From the NCBI GenBank assembly GCA_964406815.1, contig CAYOTC010000002.1, forward strand, positions 7,906 to 71,905: a stretch of 64,000 bases of DNA, read 5' to 3'. Made by a program: the position numbers and the translations under genes. Numbering within the stretch: position 1 is the first letter of the stretch; every line of letters starts with the position of its first letter. Under the pieces are notes generated by a model, which worked only from the letters and a program-made list of their open reading frames with translations, made no database searches and was not told the origin of the DNA. The DNA is from an uncultured Bdellovibrionales bacterium (GTDB lineage Bacteria > Patescibacteriota > Minisyncoccia > Moranbacterales > UBA2206). Shown here in pieces: positions 45,864 through 55,542 of the stretch.

Positions 45864-46226
45864 ATGGGAGATAAAACAAAAATTATGACTATTGTTGTAA
45901 TAATAGCAATAATAATGTTGCTATTGTCGGGTGAAAAGGCGTTGTCTGCTCTAGCAGTGATGTCTCCTCGTTCAATGCTGGTTTTTTTCATTACTCAGAT
46001 ATTTCTTAGTGTGGGGTACTACGTATTATTTTCCCATAATAGAAATCTCTGGTCCTTGATTTTATTCATTATGGTTTTTTTGATATCAGCCATAATGAAG
46101 TCCGTAACAGGAGCAAGGATAATAATGAACTCTCTACCGTTATGGGTAGATTTGGGGTTTAATAGTTCAATAAATATGATAGGCGTTCTTATCGCCTATT
46201 GTGCAGATTGGCCAAGGGGAAGGTGA
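45864..46226 (+). CDS. Small polytopic membrane protein 3 of 3, hypothetical
   Basis: Start chosen at 'MGDKTK' after SD aaaaggag; 4 TMs. Confidence 0.4.
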   Translation: MGDKTKIMTIVVIIAIIMLLLSGEKALSALAVMSPRSMLVFFITQIFLSVGYYVLFSHNRNLWSLILFIMVFLISAIMKSVTGARIIMNSLPLWVDLGFNSSINMIGVLIAYCADWPRGR

Positions 46227-46336
46227 TTAAATGAATGGCGCTGAAGTAGAATACTTCAGCGCCTCTTTTATTCTTAGATTCGAATTTCATATTGATTTTT
46301 ATCCTATTTTAGTGTAAGCTAGAGCAACTTAATGAT

Positions 46337-47293
46337 ATGAAAAATCTGGTTAAAACAATCCAAAATACGGTTTTTCGGCAGGAGATTTTTGCGCGCAAAG
46401 GCAAAATTATCCTGGCGGTTTCGGGCGGACCGGACAGCGTTTTTATGTTGGATATTTTCTCTAAATTAAAGCCTAAATATGGTTTGGAACTGGCGATTGC
46501 TCATGTTAATTATGGGCTTCGCGGGCCGGAAAGCGACAAAGATGAAGCATTTGTGCGGAAATTGGCGGAAAAATATAATATTCCAGTTTTTGTATTAAAT
46601 CCTAGGGTCAAAGAAAAAAGCAATCTGGAAAACAAACTGCGAGATATCCGATATGATTTTTTTGAAAAAGTGCGCCGGGATAATAAATTTAACCATATTT
46701 CAGTTGCGCACAATTTGGATGATCAAGTGGAAACATTTCTAATGAGGCTTATTCGCGGATCGGGAATGGCCGGACTTTCGGGAATGCAGTTTAAAAACGG
46801 CAAGATTATCCGGCCGATTTTGGAAATTACCCGCCAGGAAATAATGGATTATCTGAAATTAAATAAATTAAAATATAGGATTGATAAGACTAATCTAGAA
46901 ACGGTATTTTTTCGGAACAAAATCAGGCTCAATCTTATTCCTTTCTTAGAAAAAAAATTCAATCCGAACATCAAAGATACACTTTTTAAATCCAGTCGAT
47001 CAATTGCGCAGGATTATGATTTGATTTCGGAAATTTCGAAAAAAACCATTAACAATAAAAATAATGAATTAAGTGTGAAAAAAATCCTGAAACTTGCGCC
47101 GTCCTTGCAAAAAATGGCTCTTCGCGAGGTAATACTCCAGAGAAAATCCAATCTAAAAAATATCGACGCCGCCCATATTGAAGAAATTTTGAAAGCTTTG
47201 AAAAGCTCTAAGGGAAAAAATCAAGTCGTTTCTTTCCAAGGATTGAAAATGAAGAGAAAGGGTGATAAGATAAATCTAGAAATAATAAAATAG
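46337..47293 (+). CDS. tilS: tRNA(Ile)-lysidine synthetase
   Basis: PP-loop 'ILAVSGGPDSVFML' and conserved tilS-ftsH adjacency. Confidence 0.85.
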   Translation: MKNLVKTIQNTVFRQEIFARKGKIILAVSGGPDSVFMLDIFSKLKPKYGLELAIAHVNYGLRGPESDKDEAFVRKLAEKYNIPVFVLNPRVKEKSNLENKLRDIRYDFFEKVRRDNKFNHISVAHNLDDQVETFLMRLIRGSGMAGLSGMQFKNGKIIRPILEITRQEIMDYLKLNKLKYRIDKTNLETVFFRNKIRLNLIPFLEKKFNPNIKDTLFKSSRSIAQDYDLISEISKKTINNKNNELSVKKILKLAPSLQKMALREVILQRKSNLKNIDAAHIEEILKALKSSKGKNQVVSFQGLKMKRKGDKINLEIIK

Positions 47294-47331
47294 AGAAAAG
47301 TTTTAAATAACATTTAAATATATCAAATATA

Positions 47332-49218
47332 ATGAAGAATTTAGTCAAAAATTTAGGTCTGGTTCTGTTGGTTTTTCTTTTTATTTCTGGAATTTTCGTG
47401 CTTTATGGAGCGCCAGAAAAAAAACCGGAACAAATTTCTCTTTCCACTCTGGTTTCCCAGGTGAATGAAGGGCGGGTAAAAACTATCACAGTTAAGAATG
47501 AAAATCTCGAAATTTTGCTTAATGACGGAACGAAAGAGAAGTCTATCAAGGAAGCCGAGTCTGGAATCACGGAAACTTTGAAAAATTATGGCGTCAATCA
47601 GGAAAGATTGAACGGAGTCGGAATCGAAGTCAAGACGGATTCTTCTTTTTCTCTTTGGATGGGAGCCATTTTGCCATTCCTTTTGCCGTTCCTTCTTATT
47701 GCCGGCTTTATCTGGTTTATGCTCAGACAGGCACAAAGAGGAAATAATCAGGCGATGTCGTTTGGATCTTCCCGGGCCAGAATGTTTGATCCGAAAGATA
47801 AGAAGAACCGGATAACCTTCAAGGATGTGGCCGGAGCCAAGGAAGCCAAGGAAGAACTTTATGAAATAGTGGAGTTTTTGCGCAGTCCCAAGAAATTTTT
47901 GGGGCTTGGGGCAAAAATCCCCAAAGGTGTTTTGCTCTTAGGTAATCCGGGAACCGGAAAAACTTTAATCGCTCGGGCGGTGGCTGGTGAAGCTAATGTT
48001 CCATTTTTCAATATTTCCGGATCGGAATTTGTGGAAATGTTTGTGGGAGTCGGAGCGTCGCGTGTGAGAGATCTTTTTAAACAAGCCAAGAAAAATGCTC
48101 CTTCCATTGTTTTTATCGATGAGATTGATGCAGTCGGACGGCACAGAGGTGCAGGACTTGGAGGTGGACATGATGAAAGAGAGCAGACTTTGAATCAAAT
48201 CTTGGTTGAAATGGACGGATTTGAAACTGGAACGAATGTAATTGTAATTGCGGCGACTAATCGTCCGGATGTTTTGGACCCGGCACTTTTGCGACCGGGA
48301 CGGTTTGACCGGCGAGTAGTTATGGATCTTCCGGATATTGAAGAGCGACTTTCTATTCTAAGTATTCATTCGAAAAATAAACCGATTGCAAAAGGAGTTG
48401 AAATGAAAACTATTGCGCAAAGGACGCCGGGATTTTCCGGAGCAGATCTTTCCAACCTTCTTAATGAGGCGGCAATTTTGGCAGCCAGAAGGAATAAAAA
48501 AATTATTGAGATGTCAGAACTTACTGAGGCAATCGAAAAAGTAATTTTGGGTCCAGAGAGAAAAAGTCGAAGAATTGATGAGGATGAGAAAAAAATCGTA
48601 GCTTATCACGAGGCGGGGCATGCAATAGTAGCAGCAAGCCTTAAAAATGCCGATCCGGTGCAAAAAGTTTCCATAATTTCTCGCGGGTCAGCCGGCGGAT
48701 ATACTTTGTCTGCTCCGACTAAAGACAAGATGCTTCACTCAAGAGGATATTTTATCGATGAACTTTCTGTTCTTTTGGGGGGATACATAAGTGAGAAAGT
48801 TACTTTTGGCGATGTAACAACCGGCGCTTCGAATGATTTGGAAAGGGCTACGAATATTGCTCGAAAACTCGTGACTCGTTATGGAATGAGCGAACTTGGT
48901 CCGCGGACATATGGCCATAAAGAAGATATGGTTTTCTTGGGGAAAGAAATGCATGAAGAAAAAAATTATTCCGAAGAAACAGCGCGACAAATTGACAATC
49001 AAGTTTCTAAATTTATCAGCGATGCTTATGTGGTGACGGAAAAAATAATAGTTGATAAAAAAATAGTTTTGGACAAGATTTCAAATGTTCTTCTTGAAAA
49101 AGAGACCATAGAACAAAAAGAGTTTAATGAAATTGTCGGAATAAAAAATGAAAATAAGAATACTGACGATATTGTAAAGGAAGAAGTTGAAAATAAATCA
49201 GAAAAGACTATTGAATAA
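47332..49218 (+). CDS. ftsH: ATP-dependent zinc metalloprotease FtsH
   Basis: N-terminal TMs, AAA Walker A 'GNPGTGKTL', SRH, Zn motif 'HEAGHAIVA'. Confidence 0.95.
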   Translation: MKNLVKNLGLVLLVFLFISGIFVLYGAPEKKPEQISLSTLVSQVNEGRVKTITVKNENLEILLNDGTKEKSIKEAESGITETLKNYGVNQERLNGVGIEVKTDSSFSLWMGAILPFLLPFLLIAGFIWFMLRQAQRGNNQAMSFGSSRARMFDPKDKKNRITFKDVAGAKEAKEELYEIVEFLRSPKKFLGLGAKIPKGVLLLGNPGTGKTLIARAVAGEANVPFFNISGSEFVEMFVGVGASRVRDLFKQAKKNAPSIVFIDEIDAVGRHRGAGLGGGHDEREQTLNQILVEMDGFETGTNVIVIAATNRPDVLDPALLRPGRFDRRVVMDLPDIEERLSILSIHSKNKPIAKGVEMKTIAQRTPGFSGADLSNLLNEAAILAARRNKKIIEMSELTEAIEKVILGPERKSRRIDEDEKKIVAYHEAGHAIVAASLKNADPVQKVSIISRGSAGGYTLSAPTKDKMLHSRGYFIDELSVLLGGYISEKVTFGDVTTGASNDLERATNIARKLVTRYGMSELGPRTYGHKEDMVFLGKEMHEEKNYSEETARQIDNQVSKFISDAYVVTEKIIVDKKIVLDKISNVLLEKETIEQKEFNEIVGIKNENKNTDDIVKEEVENKSEKTIE

Positions 49219-49245
49219 AAATAATTTATAAATCTAGGTGAAAAT

Positions 49246-50259
49246 ATGTTACAGATAGATTACACCGGTCTTATAAAAAAATCATGGCTAGTCACTTGGA
49301 AAAACCGTTTCTTGTGGAAATTCGGAGGGATTTTGGCTTTGACTGGACTTTTGGGAAATTTTTCAAGAGTTAGTGATATTTCAAAAGACGATAAAATTTA
49401 TTCCACTCATCAAGATGCGATTATGAATTTTGTTCAAGCCAATCTTGGCTGGATAATTATCGCCGGGATAGTTTTTTTTGTTGTTTATTTGGCAATTGCA
49501 GTCTTGGCTATTTTGGCTCAAGCAGGGTTGATTGATTCTTTGAAAAAAGTTTTAGTCGGAGAAAAAACTTCTTTTTTATCCGGAATGAAAACAGGAAAAG
49601 CTTTTTTTTGGAAAATGTTGGGAATGAAAGTTATAATTGGCATTGCGACATTTTTTTCTATTCTGATTTTGGTTATCCCGATAATTATTTTGATTTATTA
49701 CGGAGATGTCGTTGCTTCCATAATTCTTGGAATTATTGCACTAGTCATTATTGTCTCAATCATTGTCATTGGATCTTTTTTGAATAATTTTGGACAGATG
49801 TATTTGGTTTTAGGAAATATCGGAATTTTGTCGGCTTTTGAAAATTCTTATGCGCTTTTCAGAAGATATCTTTCTAATAATATTCTTCTTCTTCTTATTT
49901 TTATTCCGATTGGAATAGCAGTTTCTTTTATTTATATTTTGGCGGTTATGGTTATTGCGGCTATTTTTACTCCGATTGGAGCGCTGACATATTATTTAGT
50001 TGGAAAAACCGGAATAATGATTATAGCAGTTTTAGGCGGACTGATTGCGCTTCTGGTCTTATGGGTCGTGCAATCGATTTTTCAGGTTTTTTTACAATCT
50101 TTGTGGATGCTTTATTTTTATGAGATTGCCAAGGAGCAGAAAAAAGAATTAGCAGAAAATCTGATAAAAGAACTTAAATTGAAAGAAGGGGGGATTTCTG
50201 AAACCGATCCGGTTATGCGTATAGAAAATAAGGCTGAAATAGAAGATGATGCGAAGTGA
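49246..50259 (+). CDS. Polytopic membrane protein, hypothetical
   Basis: 6-7 TMs, no catalytic motif. Confidence 0.4.
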   Translation: MLQIDYTGLIKKSWLVTWKNRFLWKFGGILALTGLLGNFSRVSDISKDDKIYSTHQDAIMNFVQANLGWIIIAGIVFFVVYLAIAVLAILAQAGLIDSLKKVLVGEKTSFLSGMKTGKAFFWKMLGMKVIIGIATFFSILILVIPIIILIYYGDVVASIILGIIALVIIVSIIVIGSFLNNFGQMYLVLGNIGILSAFENSYALFRRYLSNNILLLLIFIPIGIAVSFIYILAVMVIAAIFTPIGALTYYLVGKTGIMIIAVLGGLIALLVLWVVQSIFQVFLQSLWMLYFYEIAKEQKKELAENLIKELKLKEGGISETDPVMRIENKAEIEDDAK

Positions 50260-50314
50260 TTGACTAGGCGGGAATTTTAAAATAAGATAAGAAAGTGTTT
50301 TAAAATTTGATTTT

Positions 50315-50389
50315 GGTCGCTTAGCTCAGTTTGGTTAGAGCGTCACATTGACATTGTGAAGGTCAGTGGTTCGAGTCCACTAGTGACCA
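50315..50389 (+). tRNA. tRNA-Val (anticodon GAC)
   Basis: Acceptor GGTCGCT/AGTGACC, D-arm GCTCAGTTTGGTTAGAGC, anticodon loop TTGACAT, T-arm AGTGG-TTCGAGT-CCACT. Confidence 0.85.
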
Positions 50390-50432
50390 CTAGTCAGTTT
50401 ATAAAGTTAAAAGTTCATAAAGTTGGAAGATT

Positions 50433-50777
50433 ATGAAAGCTGAAAGGTTTGAAGATTTATTATTTTGGAAAAAGGCGGAGCAATTAGTGTTATTCATTTA
50501 TAAAGAATTTGGAAAATGCAAGGATTATTCTTTTTGTGATCAAATTAGGCGTGCGAGTGTTTCAGTTATGAATAACATTGCTGAAGGATTCGAAAGAAAA
50601 TCCAATAATGATTTTAAGAATTTCCTTTTTATTGCTAAAGGGTCATGCGGGGAAGTCAGATCTATGCTGTATTTAGCTTTAGAGTTAAAATATATTAATG
50701 AAAGAGAATATAAAGAGTTAAATTTTTTAGCAACAGAAATATCAAAAATGATTTCTGGATTCATAAAGACTTTGTGA
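50433..50777 (+). CDS. Four-helix-bundle protein (23S rRNA intervening-sequence protein family)
   Basis: 'LLFWKKAEQLVLFIYKEF...NNIAEGFERKSNNDFKNFLFIAKGSCGEVRSMLYLA' matches the TIGR02436/PF05635 signature. Sits between two tRNA genes. Confidence 0.65.
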   Translation: MKAERFEDLLFWKKAEQLVLFIYKEFGKCKDYSFCDQIRRASVSVMNNIAEGFERKSNNDFKNFLFIAKGSCGEVRSMLYLALELKYINEREYKELNFLATEISKMISGFIKTL

Positions 50778-50829
50778 ATTTCGTGTACTTTAAAAACTTT
50801 ATGAACATTATTAACTTTTAACTTAATTT

Positions 50830-50901
50830 GGGACCATAGCTCAGCGGTAGAGCAGGCGACTCATAATCGCTTGGTCGCTGGTCCGAATCCAGCTGGTCCC
50901 A
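50830..50901 (+). tRNA. tRNA with CAT anticodon (elongator Met or tRNA-Ile2/lysidine substrate)
   Basis: Acceptor GGGACCA/TGGTCCC, anticodon loop CTCATAA, T-arm GCTGG-TCCGAAT-CCAGC, G1:C72 pair (not an initiator). Confidence 0.8.
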
Positions 50902-50903
50902 CA

Positions 50904-50962
50904 CTCAAAAAATCTTGGCGACTTTTCGCAATCGCTTGGTCGCCCCGCCCGTGGCGGGGCTG
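50904..50962 (+). pseudogene. Partial duplicate of the CAT-tRNA anticodon arm and 3' end
   Basis: ggcgacTTTTCGCAatcgcttggtcgc + CCCGCCCGTGGCGGGG + ctggtcccac: an expanded 10-nt loop, with the T-arm replaced by a GC hairpin. Confidence 0.35.
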
Positions 50963-50974
50963 GTCCCACGAATA

Positions 50975-51010
50975 AAAAGCAAAAAACTCCTGAAAGGAGT
51001 TTTTTGCTTT
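50975..51010 (+). terminator. Intrinsic terminator after the tRNA cluster
   Basis: gcaaaaaactcc-tgaa-aggagttttttgc followed by ttt. Confidence 0.55.
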
Positions 51011-51420
51011 ACTATACTATTATTAAGTTAAAAAATAACGGCATTCAGACTAGATTAGTCTGAATGCCAAAGAAAGTTAACGTAATTCATTGAAATCCTT
51101 ATTCTGACTGTTATCAATTTTTTTTCCGAAAGATGAATGTTTTAAAGAAGAGCTTAAAAAACATAAAAATACACCAATAAGTATTAATAAAATTCTTACA
51201 TCCATTTTTTACCCCCTTTAAATTTAATTTGGAAAAAACTAAATCCCTGAATACATATATTCTAGCATAGATTTTTGTCAGATTGCATCATTGCAAAATA
51301 ATAAGAGTATGCCAAAGTGTTTTAATGTTATATTATTAACAAATTCAGTACTATTAAAAACTTAATAATCAATATAAGATATAAAATTAAAAAACCTTTA
51401 AATTATGGGAGGATGGGAAG

Positions 51421-52077
51421 ATGGATTTAGAGATGAAAATAAGGATCGCTATTGTTGTGATAGCTGTTGTGTCCATTGGGGCCTTATATTTTTTGCGAGA
51501 CAGCAATTATGCCTTTTGCAAGAAATATAGAGAAAAAAGATTTTTAATGATTTCAATAAAAATCATATGCACAGTAGCTGTATTGGGCGCAGCGTCAATA
51601 TTGCTCAGGGAAATATATTTAAAAAGAGATAGGATTGAGAATTTAATAGCTTCAAGTGAAAAAACTGAATCTACCGACAGCACTGCAGAAAAACCGGATT
51701 CTATTGAAAAAGGAAAAGAGATTAAAAATCCGATAGCTTCGAGTGAAAAAATCAAACTAGATGACAGCACTAGAAAAATATTTGAGTCTATCTTGGAAGA
51801 TAATATTAGGCTGAAAAAAAACTTGCAGTTAGCTTTTTCTGAGAATATTGGTGATTTAAAGGCTGTAATATTGGAAAACGGCAAAATCATTAAAAGTTTT
51901 GAAAATGATTTTATAATTCTGGAAAAGGAAGAGAAAAAAGTGAAGGATACTTTTGTTTTAGGTAAAATTGCTCATTTGAAAAAAAATATAAAAGAAACGC
52001 TGCCGGCTCTTTATGCGCTGGACACTACCTTGAATAGAAAAGTGGAATTATTATCAAAGGAAAAAACAGCGAAATAG
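51421..52077 (+). CDS. Membrane-anchored hypothetical protein, paralog A of a tandem duplication
   Basis: 2 TMs; 'ALYFLRDSNYAFCKKYREKRFLM' parallels paralog B's 'LLYVFLRYADFSFCKKLRKSNFLM'. Confidence 0.45.
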   Translation: MDLEMKIRIAIVVIAVVSIGALYFLRDSNYAFCKKYREKRFLMISIKIICTVAVLGAASILLREIYLKRDRIENLIASSEKTESTDSTAEKPDSIEKGKEIKNPIASSEKIKLDDSTRKIFESILEDNIRLKKNLQLAFSENIGDLKAVILENGKIIKSFENDFIILEKEEKKVKDTFVLGKIAHLKKNIKETLPALYALDTTLNRKVELLSKEKTAK

Positions 52078-52260
52078 GATTATTTCCTAAAAAGAGAAAA
52101 ATTAAAAAGCCAATGCGAAAAATCGCGGAGGCTTTTTATTTTTTCCTTATTTATCTGGAAAAATTGACAAAATAGCTTGGGCGCTTTAGACTGTTTTAAT
52201 GTTATATTATTAACAAAATTTAGTACTATTAAAAACTTAATATTTTTCGGGGAGGGTGAA

Positions 52261-52734
52261 ATGGAATATTGGGCAAAATCAATTATTATGGGTGCGATGG
52301 CTATTACATTTGCATTGCTATATGTTTTTTTACGATATGCAGATTTTTCTTTTTGCAAAAAATTGAGAAAAAGTAATTTCTTGATGAATGTGATAATAAT
52401 TCTTTCAGTCGCATCTTTTCTGGGTATTGCAATATTTCAACTTAAGGATCCGTCGCTGGATAAAACAGAAAGTTTTCCTATGAGGAAAATCGCAGTTATC
52501 AAGATGTTGGAAGACGAGATTGCGGTAAATAAAAATAGTTACGATTGGTTTGTTAGTCAGAAAAATGCACCTTATGTTGGTGTCGAGCTGAAAAATATAA
52601 AGGCGGCAAAGACTTATAGGGAGGATATGGAAAGCGGAATGAATAGTTGTATCAAGCTGGAAAAATCATATAAAAAAATTCTGGAATCATTGGAAAAATC
52701 CAAAGAAAAGTCTGTTTCCATATTGATAGAATAA
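52261..52734 (+). CDS. Membrane-anchored hypothetical protein, paralog B
   Basis: Start at 'MEYWAKS' after RBS ggggagggtgaa. Same N-terminal architecture as paralog A. Confidence 0.45.
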   Translation: MEYWAKSIIMGAMAITFALLYVFLRYADFSFCKKLRKSNFLMNVIIILSVASFLGIAIFQLKDPSLDKTESFPMRKIAVIKMLEDEIAVNKNSYDWFVSQKNAPYVGVELKNIKAAKTYREDMESGMNSCIKLEKSYKKILESLEKSKEKSVSILIE

Positions 52735-52916
52735 TAATATCTTCCGATGAAAAATTAAGAAGCCAATGTGAAAAAAAATCGCATTGGCTTCTGTTATTTT
52801 AGTAATAAGATTGACAGGGATTAAAAATAAGTGTATGATTGTAAGACAAATAAATGCGCAGCTCAAAGGGCGTATTTTTTGTTGGTCGATTAACAAACCC
52901 ATAATTTTGAAAAACT

Positions 52917-53231
52917 ATGATGATCCTATTTTTCGTAGGAGTCATAGAAATGATGATTGTCACGCTTTGGACAAGAGTTGTCACCAAAAGCCAAGTTCTT
53001 ATGAGCGGCACGGTGACTATGGTCAACATCCTTATCTGGTATTATGTTTTGGATAAGATTGTAAATGACATTTCCAATTGGAAATTGGTCCTGCTCTATG
53101 CTCTGGGATGTTCCATCGGAACTTCGCTGAGCACCTATATCTATAAGATTCTGGAAGACAGGGAAGCGGCCAAAAAGGAAGAAGAAGCGGAAGTGGCTCT
53201 TGATGGAGAGCCGGCTCAAATAGAGGCCTAA
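52917..53231 (+). CDS. Small membrane protein with acidic C-terminal tail, hypothetical
   Basis: 3 TMs plus 'EDREAAKKEEEAEVALDGEPAQIEA'. Confidence 0.3.
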   Translation: MMILFFVGVIEMMIVTLWTRVVTKSQVLMSGTVTMVNILIWYYVLDKIVNDISNWKLVLLYALGCSIGTSLSTYIYKILEDREAAKKEEEAEVALDGEPAQIEA

Positions 53232-53424
53232 TCATCATTCGTTTCTATTTTTTACCTAAAAAATGGAAGAAGACTCTCAACCGTAAAAACCGTCTATCGC
53301 GAGCGACAAGGCGGTTTTTACTTTTTTGACTTTTTTTAGGAAATCCCGTAAAATCAAATATCATTAAAATTGTTAGTAACTTAAAAATATATATAAATTC
53401 TTTGAAAGGAGGCAAAGGGGAAAG

Positions 53425-54282
53425 ATGAAAAAAGAAAAGAAATTGGAAATTTTTGTATTCGGATGGATTTTTATTGTTATTCTTATTCTTTTAGGTGGAA
53501 TATATAAAGAAACGATAGGATCTGATCAAGTAAAATCTGACGAAGTGGCCTATCAGCAACAAATTGAAGAAGCTCTTAAAAATCGACAAAATAAATATAT
53601 TGACCAACTATATGAAGGAGTAGATTTTAAGACGAAGGCTAATGAATTTGTTATGAACTTTCCTGATTCAATTGATAGAGTGAAAGTTGTAAAATTCATT
53701 GAAAAGAACGCGAATGATGTGATAATCCATATAAGGCAGATACATTTTTCTCCGAACGATTATGATTTTGAAGAAGTTAATCAAACAAATCAGGTCCAAG
53801 ATAATATATATGAAATTGTGATGTGGCTTCATAAGAATTATGGTTTGAAGTATATTTTCGGAGAGGGACGTTATGGGGATGTGCAGGATAAATTTGAAAA
53901 GGAAAAAAATGATAATCAAATGATAGATGAATTTTATAGCAGCAGTGATATTGATTTGAAAAATAATCTTAAGGAAAATTGGTTTGAGATGGTCAATTCA
54001 AAGGAGGAATTAAGAATCCTTTCAAAAGAACTTGAATTTGAAAAAGACCCTCTTCAAAGAGCAGATATTCTGGTTGATATTGAAAGAACTAAGATTGATG
54101 CTGAAAAATCTGAAAGTCTTTTCATTTTAAACAGAAACATATTATTTTTGAGGTATGAAATTACCGAGAGATTATTGAATGAAAAAATTGTTTCTGTGAA
54201 ACCGGCAGAAATAGAGTTTTTCTATAATCGGGCTAGTGCGGTCGATGAAAAAATTAGGTCCTTCTTATGGAAAGGGAAATGA
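53425..54282 (+). CDS. N-terminally anchored hypothetical protein
   Basis: SD aaggaggcaaagggg, one TM, soluble domain. Confidence 0.4.
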   Translation: MKKEKKLEIFVFGWIFIVILILLGGIYKETIGSDQVKSDEVAYQQQIEEALKNRQNKYIDQLYEGVDFKTKANEFVMNFPDSIDRVKVVKFIEKNANDVIIHIRQIHFSPNDYDFEEVNQTNQVQDNIYEIVMWLHKNYGLKYIFGEGRYGDVQDKFEKEKNDNQMIDEFYSSSDIDLKNNLKENWFEMVNSKEELRILSKELEFEKDPLQRADILVDIERTKIDAEKSESLFILNRNILFLRYEITERLLNEKIVSVKPAEIEFFYNRASAVDEKIRSFLWKGK

Positions 54283-54505
54283 TTTTCTGGATTCGGTTCA
54301 TGATAAAGCTGTTATGGAAGATAGGGAAAATGCAGCTATACAACTTATGGCTGATGATGATGGCTTTGTTCCGAAAGTAATAGTTTTCGGAGGAGCACAC
54401 AATTTTCATGATAATATTATTGATTGGAATGATAAAAACAAAAAGAAATTTTCTTTAATTGTCATTACTCCAATAAAATACGAAGAAGCGAATAAAAAAA
54501 AATAA
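54236..54505 (+). CDS. Possible frameshifted continuation of the upstream gene
   Basis: Overlaps the upstream ORF by 47 nt in the +1 frame. Confidence 0.2.
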   Translation: MRSMKKLGPSYGKGNDFLDSVHDKAVMEDRENAAIQLMADDDGFVPKVIVFGGAHNFHDNIIDWNDKNKKKFSLIVITPIKYEEANKKK

Positions 54506-54663
54506 ACTAAAAGACCAAAAACGGCAAAGCTGTTTTTGGTCTTTTATTATTTTTCCCAAATTGACACAAAAGGCTTTTTACGCTAGAGTGGTTGGAAGTT
54601 CTTAAGGCTATCAGTCAAAATTTTGACTGTAAATATTTCACAAATTTATATTAGAGGAGGCAA

Positions 54664-55027
54664 GATGCCAAAAAAATTATTAGTACGAGTTGTTTCAGGA
54701 AGTATTTTGCTTGGGATTAGTATACTTTTTTTGTTATTTTTTGCGGGAGGAATATATGGATCAATAGGTGCGATTATTTTACTTGTTGGTGGTAGACTGT
54801 CAATTCTTAATGCAAAAAAAGTTGGAGAATATGATTTAAAGAATGAATTGGTAAAGTACATAAAAATTCCTGAGGTTGAAGGTGATCTGGTTGTGGGATT
54901 TTCCGCCGATGCATTTTTTAGGGACGGGAAAATTGTATCAATAAAACCGATTGATACAAAAAATTATGTTTTCAGAAATCCGAATGAAAAAGATTATTCT
55001 GATCATGATGATGAGATGACTAGCTGA
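54664..55027 (+). CDS. Small membrane protein, hypothetical
   Basis: Start 'MPKKLL' after SD ttagaggaggcaag; 2 TMs plus a soluble C-terminus. Confidence 0.4.
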
Positions 55028-55029
55028 AA

Positions 55030-55076
55030 AGAGCCAATCGATAGTCGCGACTGTCGATTGGCTCTTATATTTTTTA
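55030..55076. terminator. Bidirectional terminator between convergent genes
   Basis: agagccaatcgatagtcgc-gactgtcgattggctct with T-runs on both sides. Confidence 0.5.
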
Positions 55077-55082
55077 AATTCT

Positions 55083-55490
55083 TCAAAGAAGTTCCCCAAG
55101 TTTTTTCAGGAACTTCCTTTTTGTTATGAAGATATAGGCCGCCAAAGAAACAATAGCGATTATCCATAATGTGCTTATAGTAATTCTTGGTATGTTTATT
55201 TCAGCTTCTGCCAATAATTCACTTACATAACATGAAACGAAAAGTGTGAATAATAATATCTCATAAATGAAGATCGTTTTGCTAGTTGATCTTTTCAAAT
55301 TCCAGTTGATTATTCTTATTAAAACTCCGATGTAGGTAACTGTTGCTAAAAATCCAAAAATTGTCCATTCGAAATAATTAGTTTTCTCATTCATCATTGT
55401 TGCTGCCACTATAAACATTGGTAATAAGTAACGAATATTTTTCTCCGCTGAATCCAATAGTTTAAGAAATAATTGCTTCATTACTTCCAT
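55083..55490 (-). CDS. Polytopic membrane protein, hypothetical
   Basis: 4 TMs. Confidence 0.4.
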   Translation of the reverse strand: MEVMKQLFLKLLDSAEKNIRYLLPMFIVAATMMNEKTNYFEWTIFGFLATVTYIGVLIRIINWNLKRSTSKTIFIYEILLFTLFVSCYVSELLAEAEINIPRITISTLWIIAIVSLAAYIFITKRKFLKKLGELL

Positions 55491-55542
55491 ATCTTCCTCC
55501 TCTATAATTATTTTGTTTTTAAAATGCTATTAATTATCTATT

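Noticed and set aside
46337-47360. Shared 'MKNLVK' N-termini of tilS and ftsH, as a possible repeat
   Set aside because: The DNA sequences differ at most codons. It is a coincidence of a common Lys/Asn-rich start in an AT-rich genome.
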